The notes beneath the pieces were generated by a model. That model made no database searches. It saw nothing but the letters and a program-made list of their open reading frames with translations, and had not been told where the DNA came from. 64,000 nucleotides of DNA from Diplonema japonicum (lineage: Eukaryota > Protista > Euglenozoa: Diplonemea). Below, piece by piece: positions 33,615-44,358 of the stretch. The DNA lies in the NCBI GenBank assembly GCA_964019335.1, contig OZ025692.1:248001-312000 (forward strand). The letters run 5' to 3'. The position numbers were made by a program, and so were the translations under genes. How positions within the stretch are numbered: the stretch's first letter is position 1; each line of letters starts with the position of its first letter.

Positions 33615-33654
33615 GAGACATTTAAGGGTACCTGCGGTATGTGGCAGGACGCCT
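33615..33654. repeat. 40-bp dispersed repeat, copy 1 (copy 2 at 37464-37503)
   Basis: GAGACATTTAAGGGTACCTGCGGTATGTGGCAGGACGCCT is identical at both sites, each preceded by a poly(A) run. Confidence 0.9.
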
Positions 33655-33825
33655 TCTTGCAAGAAAAAAAAAAAAAAAAAAAAAAAAACGGAGAGGCCAT
33701 CATTTCTACTCAAATAAAAAAAAATTCGGGCAAAATAAGTGCTCAGCTAGAAAAAAAAAAAGAGATTGATTTTTTTTTGCCTTATGTCAAAAAAAAGGGG
33801 GGGGGGAGAGAGAGAGAGAGAAGCC

Positions 33826-35241
33826 CTACCTAAACGACGCTAGTTCTTCCTTCAAGCGATCGTTCTCCAGAAGGATGGCGTGGCGCTCTTCAGCAAGCAG
33901 GGTGTTACCCTCCACCCGCGCAACGACACTAGAAGTGTTCTCAGAGACAATAATATCAGCTTGCGTCTTATACAAAAGCTGGGCAAGAACGGCATCATGG
34001 TCTGGGGTGGGCTTTCCACCTACACTGACTATCTGCATACCAGGTTTTAAACCTGCGAGAGACGCGCTAAGACCCGCGGTGACACTTTTAATAACATTCG
34101 AGGGCTTCTTGAAGGACAGCCCGATCTTTTCATCTTCCGTTCTCCGGGAGATTGTCACCACATGCTCCATTTTTTCAACACCGACATCCTGGAGGTCATA
34201 AAGCACCTTCTTCAGCTCGATGTACTTTTGAACCATTCTTTTCTCAAGCTTCGATTGAAGCTCGCCTTCTGTAACATCTGTCTGCAGCCCACCGTTTGTC
34301 AAATCGCACGATCGTGACCTAACATGTTTCTCTGGTTTTTCAGAAGCCAAGTGGGAGGACAGTAATGTCAATGAAGACGACCCTCCTGGTGACAAGCACG
34401 GGTTTAAAAAATTGGACGCTGATTGCGATGTGGAACATGCGTTGGAAGCCGCGATGGCCCGCTGCAATAAATCCTCCGCTTGTTCCTCGGCCGACTGCAT
34501 TCTGTTGTGCGTTGAAATTAACTCTTCCTTGAGGCGGTCGATCTCCTGGCACAGGTCGTTCCTCAGCATCCGTTGTTCCTCTCTTTCAAAGGACAGTTGT
34601 TTTTTCATTTGCTCCACGGTTTCAAAGCCTTCTTCGGGAGCGGGTTCCAAACTTACTGCCGACCGCGATTCTTTTACGGCGTCAAGTTCTTTTCTCAGTT
34701 TCGCTTCACATTCCATATGCCTTTCCCGTTCTTTTAACAGCCCATCTCGTTCCCTCGTCAATTCCTCGATTCGCAGATGTAAAGGAGGTTGTGACTCTGG
34801 AGACTCAGCGTTACCAGGGTTTATGTTGTGATTCGTGCTCAGTGTTTGTGCTAGTGAAGATTGAGAGTTTAAACACAAATCGGATGATTGGCTATCGGTG
34901 AGCGAGACACCCGAAGGGAGCATGGCGGACATTGTGCGCTCGCGGGAGTCTGCGGTGTTGGAGATTGCTTGCTGGAGCCGTGCCATCCAGGCAGCTTTTT
35001 CTCCCTCGTTCGCTGCTTTAAATACGTAGGAGTGCTTCATCCCGGGGCCCTCCACTTTCCAGCTGCAATTCCCATTTGTCTCTACCTTCGCGCCTGCGAG
35101 CTCCACCTTCCCCAACGGCCGCGAGGAGTAGTAATATAGCGTACCCTTTCGCAGCTCGAACCATCTCTCTTGGTTTCGTTTTATCACTCCGCCGCCGAGC
35201 TTCAACAGTACCCCCTCATATCCCTCGTACTCCTCCGACAT
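33826..35241 (-). CDS. PH domain - coiled coil - PDZ domain protein
   Basis: N-terminal PH (YEGVLLKLGG…RWFELRKGTLYYY…EKAAWMARLQQAI) and C-terminal PDZ (KIGLSF…AGLKPGMQIVSVGG). The stop overlaps an AG|GT, so an extra exon is possible. Confidence 0.88.
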   Translation of the reverse strand: MSEEYEGYEGVLLKLGGGVIKRNQERWFELRKGTLYYYSSRPLGKVELAGAKVETNGNCSWKVEGPGMKHSYVFKAANEGEKAAWMARLQQAISNTADSRERTMSAMLPSGVSLTDSQSSDLCLNSQSSLAQTLSTNHNINPGNAESPESQPPLHLRIEELTRERDGLLKERERHMECEAKLRKELDAVKESRSAVSLEPAPEEGFETVEQMKKQLSFEREEQRMLRNDLCQEIDRLKEELISTHNRMQSAEEQAEDLLQRAIAASNACSTSQSASNFLNPCLSPGGSSSLTLLSSHLASEKPEKHVRSRSCDLTNGGLQTDVTEGELQSKLEKRMVQKYIELKKVLYDLQDVGVEKMEHVVTISRRTEDEKIGLSFKKPSNVIKSVTAGLSASLAGLKPGMQIVSVGGKPTPDHDAVLAQLLYKTQADIIVSENTSSVVARVEGNTLLAEERHAILLENDRLKEELASFR

Positions 35242-35347
35242 GAGATGATGGGAAGGAGGAGGGGGTTCCTGAGTGTATAATGAATCATCAAAGTAGAAAG
35301 AAATTTTAAAGAAGAAAAAAAAAATAAAAAAGTGGGGGGGAAATTTT

Positions 35348-36181
35348 TCATTTTTCCTGCCGAAAAGCTCCGAATACCGCCTTTGCGGCAGAAGCCGCTG
35401 TTCCCTTTCTAAGAGTCAGGGTGGGCATGGTGACGGGGACAACTTCACCTTCCAGTTGTGAAGGGTGTTCTCGGTCCTGCATGGCCTCGAGGGCGGCTGC
35501 GACCTGGGCGGGCGAGAGGGGCGGGTCACGTAACGAGCAGAGATAACCAATGAATGGGTCGTAACTCGTCTGGCAGGCTACGGACGCGGTTTTCGATACA
35601 GCTATAATAATCGTGCCTGCTAGGGCAACGACAGCAAGATCGGTGTGATGCTGAGCACGCGTGACAAGGATCTTAAGAGGATCGGGTGGCGGTCCGTCCA
35701 TCACCCTTGCCCTTGGACTGGACATTGAGACACTCACGATTGGGATGGAAGACTGCGATTTAATAAAGTACGGGTTCAGCTTGGGCTGGGGAAGAGGGGT
35801 ATCAGATTCCGAGTCCGGTGCTGTACCCTCAGGGGGGATGTACATTGACCTAGCACCTGCACCTGCGAGCACAAGGAACATAAGGACGGTGATTAAAAGT
35901 ATAGTGAGCCTCTCCTCGAAGGGGATCACGTCGTCGCCCTGTTCGGTGTTGTTGGAAGTCTTGCTTCTGATTTCGCAAAGCACGCCGCTCCACTCCTCTT
36001 CACACACGCAGGCGCCGCTTCCCAACCCGTGTCCTTGGCAGTTCTCCCTGCTGTTTCCATTCACACATCTGTCTTCGCATCTCACATCACACCCAACCCC
36101 ATCCCACCCCTTACTACAGCTTGTCACTGTAACATTACCAATTATGCATATCTGAATGAGGGACAGAATCGGTATCAGCAT
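35348..36181 (-). CDS. Type I membrane protein with EGF-like domains
   Basis: Hydrophobic N-terminus, CSKGWDGVGC and CQGHG…CVCEEEWSGVLC EGF motifs, TM helix LTILLITVLMFLVLAGAG. Confidence 0.78.
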   Translation of the reverse strand: MLIPILSLIQICIIGNVTVTSCSKGWDGVGCDVRCEDRCVNGNSRENCQGHGLGSGACVCEEEWSGVLCEIRSKTSNNTEQGDDVIPFEERLTILLITVLMFLVLAGAGARSMYIPPEGTAPDSESDTPLPQPKLNPYFIKSQSSIPIVSVSMSSPRARVMDGPPPDPLKILVTRAQHHTDLAVVALAGTIIIAVSKTASVACQTSYDPFIGYLCSLRDPPLSPAQVAAALEAMQDREHPSQLEGEVVPVTMPTLTLRKGTAASAAKAVFGAFRQEK

Positions 36182-37435
36182 TCTTCAAGGAAGATTCCTT
36201 CCTTCCACCTCTTTTTTTAAAAAAAAAAAAAAATAATTTGTCGTAATAAGGAACAAAAGAGAAAAAATAAAAAAAAGATGCGGGGAGCAGAAAGAAAACG
36301 AGGGAGGAAGAAAACATGGGGAAAATGGGGGAGGAAGGGAATCTATGATTGGGAGATATTATTATTTTTTTAAAGGAGAATAAGGCGGGGGGGGGGGGGG
36401 GGGGAGTTTCTTTTTTCCAAAAAGAAGAAGGGGGGTGGAGGAGGAGGGGGTAAGAATGGAGACAAAGAACAAAACCTTTAAGAAGATAATAAAGAGAAAA
36501 CTCCCTTTTATTTCTTTGAATTGTCATGCATACCCCCCATTTTTTGTTTTCCCTCCAGGATAGAATATATGGACGGGGGAGAGTGGGGGAGAAAAGGGGA
36601 TCCCTTATTTTATTTTTTATTTTTTCATTTTTCTTTTTATTTTTTGCGCAATTATGGATACAGGAAAAAGAAGAAATATATGTCATAATTCACTGCACTT
36701 TAACAGCTGCTACGAACCGCAAAGCGAAATATGCCGGATTGACAACCGCCCGGACGGACAAGCGTCCCGAGTAAATATTTTTTTTCTTCTTTTTCCTTTC
36801 TTCTGATAATTACAATAACAAGTGTTTCCGTTCATAAAAAAAGTAAAAACCTTCTTTATTATTCTTTTTTTTTTTAAATCCCCACCCCAGCGGCCACCCT
36901 TGTGAAGCCTGTGGTCGTAAAAGTGGAGAGGTAAAGAAAGCTTAACTTTGAAATCGGGAGAGGGGGGAAAAAAAAAGAATGACAAGCAATTGTTCCTTCC
37001 TTGTCCTTAGGCTACTTTTTTATTTTCCTCTTCTAAAAGAGGAGGATACTGGTATACAGCAGTCAATATCTCACTTTTGCTTCTAAATCCCGCTTTTTTT
37101 TTTTTTTTTCTTTTTTTTTTTCTTCTTCTTTTTTTTTTTTTTTTTTTTTTTTTTTCGTTCTTCACTTTTTTAAATAAAAAAAATCTAAGCTTATGACAAC
37201 CCCAAAAGGGGAAAACACAAAAAAAAAAAAAAAATCTAAATCCTCAAAAGGAATGGGGAGGGAGAAAAAAAAAAACACAAATAAAAAATGCACACGAAAC
37301 CAGGATATAGAAATCCTGCTTCCTTGAATCAACACCCACTATGATGGGAGAGAGGGGAATCCCCCCCACTCCACAAACATAGCCACATGAAAGATAAAAA
37401 TACTGTAAAAAAAAAATCGGGAGAAAAAAAAAAGG

Positions 37436-37463
<28 letters not shown>

Positions 37464-37466
<3 letters not shown>

Positions 37467-37503
37467 ACATTTAAGGGTACCTGCGGTATGTGGCAGGACG
37501 CCT
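37464..37503. repeat. 40-bp dispersed repeat, copy 2
   Basis: Identical to 33615-33654. Confidence 0.9.
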
Positions 37504-37588
37504 GCAAAAAAAGAGAGAAAGTTTTATTAGACCCTCCACCCCCTTTTTTTTTCCCCCAATTTTTCTTTTTCTAAATCATAACGAGAAA

Positions 37589-37619
<31 letters not shown>

Positions 37620-37649
37620 AACAAAAAAAATTCTAACAAGAAAAAAAAG

Positions 37650-37727
37650 GGGGGGGGGAAGGGGGTTTACATTGTGTTACACCACACTTCGGGGGGGGGA
37701 AGGGGGTTTACATTGTGTTACACCACA
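37650..37727. repeat. Tandem duplication of a ~37-41-bp unit
   Basis: GGGGGGGGAAGGGGGTTTACATTGTGTTACACCACA occurs twice. Confidence 0.9.
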
Positions 37728-37776
37728 TCTTTTTTTTTTTTTTTTTTTTTAAATCTCTCTCTCTTCTTCTCCGACT

Positions 37777-38745
37777 CTAATTCTTCTTAACATAATAATA
37801 AAGCCCCAAAGGGGGCCTCATCAAAGGCGCCATTGCCTGCACGCGGGACATCGCTTCTTCTTCAGACAAGTGAGAATAGGCCAATGACAACCCCAATCTG
37901 TACACATCGATCACAGAGTGGGCAGAAGCACAGTGTTCAGACAGGTAAGAAGTCACTGTCCCGCCCTTCTTCACAGACTCAACAAGACCACGGATGACCG
38001 TGGCAACACAAAGGAGGGTTCTGTCAGTTGCTTGCAGATCCCCGATGAAGTCCTCTACTATAAGGGCGTTTTGAGGGTTGAATTTACAACAGTTTGGTGT
38101 GTTCTCAACGATGACGACCTTATCCATGTCCCTCCCGAGGAGGGTAAGGTCCTTTGTGTGGGAGCCGTCTGTGAACCACTTGGGGGACCTGTACAGGACG
38201 TGGTGGAAGAACTCACCCTTCGGATCGATCTGCCGCACGACAGGCTTCCCTGTGTCCTCCGTCGAGGCGGTCCACAACACCACTTCAACAAGCCCCTTCA
38301 ACAACTGGAACATGTGGATCAGGTAGTTTCTTGCAATTGCTGCAGATACACCTGGTTTTCTGTTGCTGACAAGCGTTTCGTCCAAATCGAACACGACTGT
38401 CACCTTGTTGTGGTGTGCTGGGTCTTGAGGAGGGAGGAGATATCTGTCTTCCCATCCCAACGCTACTTTATGCGGTTTCACTGGAGTTTCAATAAATGGT
38501 GTTACGGGTGCAGGTGTGTCTTCCATTAACGATCCTGACGATGAAGATCCTGGGGATGATGCGGGGGTCCCCACCCTCACCCCGAATTTTTTAGGCGGCG
38601 GGGTATAATATAACATCGGCGGCCTTCCGTTGTTCGAGTTCGTACTGTTGTTCATCCCCAACACATTCTTTTGACCCTTGTTCATGTTGCTCAGCACATT
38701 GCCGTTCATTTCTCCGAGAGGTGATCTACCTTCTCTTGTACACAT
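37777..38745 (-). CDS. FCP1/SCP (NIF-domain) HAD phosphatase, paralogue A (intronless)
   Basis: VVFDLDETLV catalytic motif, LWTAS and HTKDLTLLGRDMDKVVIVENTP. Confidence 0.92.
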   Translation of the reverse strand: MCTREGRSPLGEMNGNVLSNMNKGQKNVLGMNNSTNSNNGRPPMLYYTPPPKKFGVRVGTPASSPGSSSSGSLMEDTPAPVTPFIETPVKPHKVALGWEDRYLLPPQDPAHHNKVTVVFDLDETLVSNRKPGVSAAIARNYLIHMFQLLKGLVEVVLWTASTEDTGKPVVRQIDPKGEFFHHVLYRSPKWFTDGSHTKDLTLLGRDMDKVVIVENTPNCCKFNPQNALIVEDFIGDLQATDRTLLCVATVIRGLVESVKKGGTVTSYLSEHCASAHSVIDVYRLGLSLAYSHLSEEEAMSRVQAMAPLMRPPLGLYYYVKKN

Positions 38746-38868
38746 TTTTATTTTTATTTTTTTCTTTCTTTTTTTTTTTCCCTTTTTTTTTTTTCTTGGT
38801 TTTTCGGGATGTGAGAGCTATCAAAAAAAAAAGGGGTAAAATTCTAAGCAGGGGGGAGAAACACAAAG

Positions 38869-38899
<31 letters not shown>

Positions 38900-39007
38900 A
38901 AAAGAAGGAGTTCTTCTCTCCTTCTTTTTCAGGTTTTTTTTTTTTCTTCTTTTTCTTTTTCTCACCCTCCCTGGGGGGGGGAAAAGAGGAATATTAGTCA
39001 AGTATAA

Positions 39008-39040
<33 letters not shown>

Positions 39041-39635
39041 AAGGGAAATGAGTAAATGCTGTAACGAAAAAACGGTGACTGACATATGTAATGAATCAAA
39101 CCGCCCTTTTTTTTCTTTTTCTTCTTTTTTTGCACAGCGTAATAAAAAAAGAAAACATGAAAAATCTACAATCTTTTTTTAAAAAAAATCGGGAGGGAGA
39201 GACGCGCCCATTGCCACTCACTTTTCCGGTGGGGGAAAATTCAGTCAATCAGCAGGGAGTTTTTTTTTCTTAAACCCTGGGAAGGCGTCATAAAGCTTCT
39301 GTCAAAAGAAGATCTTGGCCCATATGTAAAAAACCTTGTTCTCGGGCCTACATCCCCCCCTCCCTTTGGAACTTGTCAGGGTGGGGGGATCTTCTGTTCC
39401 TACAAACTATGCAACGCTTTTCCTTTTGCTGGTGGGAAAGAAAGAAAAAGGGAGGGGTGAAGAAAATATTAAAAAAAAAAAAAAGGGTTACATCTATCTA
39501 GTGAACAAAGAACAAGAATTAATAGGGATTATAAATGAAATTTTGTATTTTTTTTTTTTTAAAAAAAAATCTAAAAAAGGTTTAATGAAAGCGTGTGAGA
39601 AGTGGAGAGAAGAAGCGAGGAAGAAAAAAAGAATT

Positions 39636-40772
39636 CTAATTACCCTTTACGTAGTAGTAAAGACCTACAGGCGGCCGCATCAGTGGGTCGAGTTTCCTTA
39701 TGCGTGCCTGTGCTTCCTCCTCCCCAAGCTTCAGGTAGACCGCCGACAAGCCCAGTTCATAAACATCGATGCTGCCTCCAGGTACTTTGCTGTAATACTT
39801 GAGATACCTAATTTAAAAAAAAAAAAAAGTAGATTTCCATTATCAATTGGTTGTAAGATACCTCGGGACGCTGATCTTCTTGTTGAGGTTCTCTGCCGCG
39901 CCTCGGATAATCTGCGCCACGTTCAGGAGAGTCTTGTCCGGCTTGCTGTTTAAGGTCATAAAAAGTGAAAGAAAAGAAAGCCCGTACCTAAGATCGCCGA
40001 TGAAATCCTCCACCATAAGGGCGTTTTGAGGGTTGAACTTGCAGCAGTTTGGTGTGTTCTCAACGATGACGACCTTATCCATGTCCCTCCCGAGGAGGGT
40101 AAGGTCCTTTGTGTGGGAGCCGTCTGTGAACCACTTGGGGGACCTGTACAGGACGTGGTGGAAGAACTCACCCTTCGGATCGATCTGCCGCACGACAGGC
40201 TTCCCTGTGTCCTCCGTCGAGGCGGTCCACAACACCACTTCAACAAGCCCCTTCAACAACTGGAACATGTGGATCAGGTAGTTTCTTGCAATTGCTGCAG
40301 ATACACCTGGTTTTCTGTTGCTGACAAGCGTTTCGTCCAAATCGAACACGACTGTCACCTTGTTGTGGTGTGCTGGGTCTTGAGGAGGGAGGAGGAACTT
40401 GTAGGAAGCAGGGGGTGAAACGCTGAGGCGGGGGACGCCCAGGGGCAAGGCCTGCCTGTTGGGGGGCACAGCATCCGGAGACTGCGGTGCGGGGGTCACC
40501 TCCATCGGGCTCCCTGGTGACGATGTTGCCCTGCTGCTGCCGCTGCCCAACGTTGGCGTGAAAGGGTCGACATGCTTTGGCTGTTTGGGCGTAAGGAACG
40601 TCTTCCCACCAGCAGGCGGCGGCGGCGTCGCCCTCATTTTCATCTCCCCACCCCTCGCCACAGGAGGCTTCACTGACTTAGATTTTGTTCCTACCCTGGG
40701 CTTCACGGTCTTCTTCTTTTCCTCCACATTGACAGGAAGCGACCCGAGCGGCACTCTCTCTCTCCAGTACAT
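39636..40772 (-). CDS. FCP1/SCP (NIF-domain) HAD phosphatase, paralogue B, 3 exons
   Basis: Same catalytic domain. Introns at 39946-39987 and 39808-39861 restore a C-terminus (IDVYELGLS…PLMRPPVGLYYYVKGN*) homologous to paralogue A. Confidence 0.9.
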
Positions 40773-40933
40773 TTTGTTGCGTGGTGTACGGGACTCTGGT
40801 GGTGCTTTAAAAGTCTCTCGAAGTGGGGAGGGAGGGGGAACGAAATATGACAAAAAAAAACTGTAAACAAGTCTAGTAGGTAACATTTCTAACAAACGTA
40901 ACAACTCTATTAAGTTTCTCTAGATTATTCCCT

Positions 40934-41601
40934 TTACCAAGCGGTCCCCATCCCGCGGTTCGGAGTCGCCTTTTTAGGAATGCCGGGCATGGCAGACGGG
41001 GAGCTGCCAGGGAATGCAGCGGGCTCTGCTTCAAATTGCATTGAGATGGGCCGAAGGTCGTCGTGAGCAGGGAGGGTGGAACAGGGGGGTGGGGGGGGTG
41101 GGGGAGAGGCGGAAAAGGTCAGTGCGGCACGGGCACGGGCGCTCTTGTCGGTTTCGTTGAAAGGCGGGGAGAGACACAGGTTCGCTTTGATGCTGCCATC
41201 GACAGGACTGTTCGGCACCGTTGGCAACGCTATCACATCCAGCTCCTGGCTCCCTGAGCATGACTTGTTTCGCTTCGGCTTTGGACGCATTGAAGACGTC
41301 GGCGGGGGCAGCATCTGCCTCCCATGCTCGGGAATCTCAAACGGCAGCATCTTCCGGACTTCCTCATCGTTCATATCTTCGTCCTTCTGATGCTCCCCCT
41401 CACACGGTGCCAGCCGCTCTTCCAGACGCACGACACGTGCTTCCAACGCCTCGTTCTTCAGCTCCTCCCACAACGCCACACCGCTTACATTCATTTTCGA
41501 ATCCTTCACACATTTGTCATCATTCGAAAGCAGCTCATGCTTCGGCAAAACCAGTTCCTGTTGCTGTGCTTCGTAGTGGTGTCGGAACTGAGGTACTTCC
41601 T

Positions 41602-41634
<33 letters not shown>

Positions 41635-43290
41635 AGTAGTGCTTGAAAGGCTGCTCTTGAGGTTGTGGCAGTTCAACATGCTGAAAGGCTTTGGGCAATG
41701 CTTGGTACTCCTGCTCGTAATGGTGCTGGAAAGGTGCTTCTTGCTGCTGCGGCTCATGGAAAGACTGAGGCAGATTCTGTTCCTGTTCTTGTTCCTGTTC
41801 GTGGGGCTGTTCGTAGCTGTGCTGGAAGTGCACTTCATGCTGTGCTTCTTGTTGGATGGGCTGCTCTTGCTGTGCCTGTGGTGCATAGTGGTGCTCGAAG
41901 GGCTTTTGCGATTGGGCCCTCTCAGCCAGATCCTCTGTGGCGACAGATGACTGCCTCACTGACGCCAGTTGCACCACTTCTTTAAGACGCTCGTCTTTCT
42001 CTCGCAGCTTTGCACGAAAACCTAATAACAATGATGCAACACAGAGCAGCATACCATCTACAAGCACTTCCTTGTGATGAAGCTCGTTGGTCACTTCCTG
42101 CAGCTTCTGGGTCGTCACATATTGAAGGTTCGCTTGCTCGTTGATTTTGATCTGCAGCTCTCTGTGAGTGAGAAAATGGTTAAAGAAAAACCAAAATCAA
42201 GCATACTTATGTGCCTGCCATTGCTGCGCCATCTCTTCCCCAGATTTCCTCAAAGTAGCGGCCACCTCCTCGTTGCACTGGTTGACAATGTCTTGAAGAC
42301 GCCTGTGCACCGTTCTTTCTAGATTTGCGCTGCATACCTGTTTTCTTCTTCGACTGTTGCGGCTCTAGACATGGCTTCCTCCATCTTCCCCCTCATCTCC
42401 TTCGCCCGTGTCCTTTCCATGTCCACCTGGCGACGCAGCTTGGTCAGTTCATCGTTTAATGCCTCGACCTTGGAATTGAGTGCTTGGGATGACTTCTGCG
42501 CGTCGAGTGTTTTGTTCAGAAAGGTAGATACCGCACTGGGGATGGCTGCTGCAGCTTCGGGGTTCTGTCGTACGGAGGGATGTGCGGGCTCAGAGATGGT
42601 TGGGGGCAGCTTGTCGACAACCTTGCTATGCAGGAGCGCGAGGAGGTCGTCCTGCTTGGAGGCGGGGGCAGAAGCAGAAAGGATAGGCGCCTGGTTAGAA
42701 GGGTCGAAGCCATGGATGACGGGTACATCCGGGATGCTGGGAGCAGTCGAAGGCTGTGAGGGAACGGCGGGGAAGAGCCCTTGAGCGTTGTTGGTGAGGT
42801 GGTGATTGAGCCACAGGTTGACCGCAGGGGAGTCCTGCGTGTCAGGAAGGAGAGGACGGCTAGATGCTGTGGATGAGAAGTTCGAGTGGAGCTGGTCATT
42901 GTGCTTGGCGGTGTCTATTGACTTAAGCGTCGCCAAGTTCGCAGCCACTGCCGCGGCCAACGACTCATGCAGTGATTTATGTTCACCTTGGGAATTATTC
43001 ACAAGCTGCTCGTGCGGGACCCTTAGTGGGGGCGGCGGCGAAGGTGACTGCTGTTTAACAGCCTGCTCTAGCTCTTCTGTATCGGTTCCTACATCTTCCC
43101 TTTCTAACAACTGATACAAGGTCCCCTCCCGCGCCCTCAGCTCTCTCTCTACCACTTTTTTCGCTTTGTTCCCCTCCGGAGATGTACCAAAATAGCTCCT
43201 CATTTTCTCTTGGACCTTGGACCTGTTATCCAAAGCTTGCTGTTCTTGCGCTGGTAGTGGTCTCCTCGTCATCGCTCTCGGTACTGGCAT
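40934..43290 (-). CDS. Coiled-coil / Gln-rich protein, 3 exons, with an apparent 1-nt frameshift
   Basis: ORFs 42319-43290 and 40934-42118 are joined by introns 42303-42337 and 42162-42206. The middle exon needs one extra base near 42260. Gln-rich (F-x-HHYE) repeats. Confidence 0.65.
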
Positions 43291-43692
43291 CTTCTTTTTC
43301 TAATTTGTAGCCCTTCGCCCGCCCACCCGACTGTAAAGATGGATGAAGATCAAGAAAAAAAGAAAAAAAGAAAAAGAGACACAGGCATCGCATTATTCGA
43401 CTTTTTCGGTTAGGCTTGGAGGAAGAAAAGAAGAGGGGGAAAGCTGTAAAAAGGAAAAGGGAGAAGGTCTTTTTTAAAAAAAGGAGTCCACAAGAAGAAG
43501 AAAAAAACACAAGAATTTCTTTCATCGTATGCATAGTGGAACACACTTGAATCGGGTCTTTTTCCGACTATTTGGCGGTTTATGTTTTGCAGTAGCATAA
43601 AAGAAGAGCTTTTCCCTCCGGTCACCATCGAATACAGCAATACTGTATGGAAAAAACTGAAAAACCAGAGATGAAGTGAAAATCGAACCTAC

Positions 43693-44292
43693 TCAATCTG
43701 AATCCTCCCTTTCCATTTCAATGTCGTGCCGGGCACGGCGATAGACCTGATGCTTGTAGTGCCGGTATGCCGGGATGACCGACAGAGTGAAGATAACAGC
43801 ATCGATGGCAACAGAAACACGGAAGAGGAAGTAGAGAAGAGGAGGGGAAAAGGCCACCGGGGGCTTGTCGGCAATAGACCAGGAGAGGAAATACAACGCA
43901 ACACGGGAAAGAAGTGAAGTGAAGCAAGAGAGGCACATCGCTGGTATTACATTCACAATGAGGTACCCCCTCCGTATAATGGCGAGGGTTCCAAATAGGA
44001 AAATATTGACACCTGGTGTCGCAAGAACCAGCGGCCACACGGTTCCTAGCTCCATGCTTTCAACAGCATCGTCTTCGCTGGTATTTGCGAGTTCCATCTC
44101 CACTCTCACATTCCTTCGTAATACCCGAACCATTGTCGCGCTGAACATTAAAGGAGACGCTGCCAGCCACATCACAACCTCTTCCCTTGCGACCCCTCTC
44201 CACCACCCGCTTAACAATTCCCACCCTTTCCCCTCAGCCACGCTTCGTGCACCCTTCAACATGGTTGACACTGCCGCTTCCGTGTTCATCAT
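43693..44292 (-). CDS. Small multi-pass membrane protein of unknown function
   Basis: 199-aa ORF with 4-5 hydrophobic segments. Confidence 0.65.
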   Translation of the reverse strand: MMNTEAAVSTMLKGARSVAEGKGWELLSGWWRGVAREEVVMWLAASPLMFSATMVRVLRRNVRVEMELANTSEDDAVESMELGTVWPLVLATPGVNIFLFGTLAIIRRGYLIVNVIPAMCLSCFTSLLSRVALYFLSWSIADKPPVAFSPPLLYFLFRVSVAIDAVIFTLSVIPAYRHYKHQVYRRARHDIEMEREDSD

Positions 44293-44358
44293 ATTCTCCT
44301 GTCACTTTAAAAACAGTTATGTTGATAGGGGAGGGGGGAAATCAGAAAAAAGTCGTTC

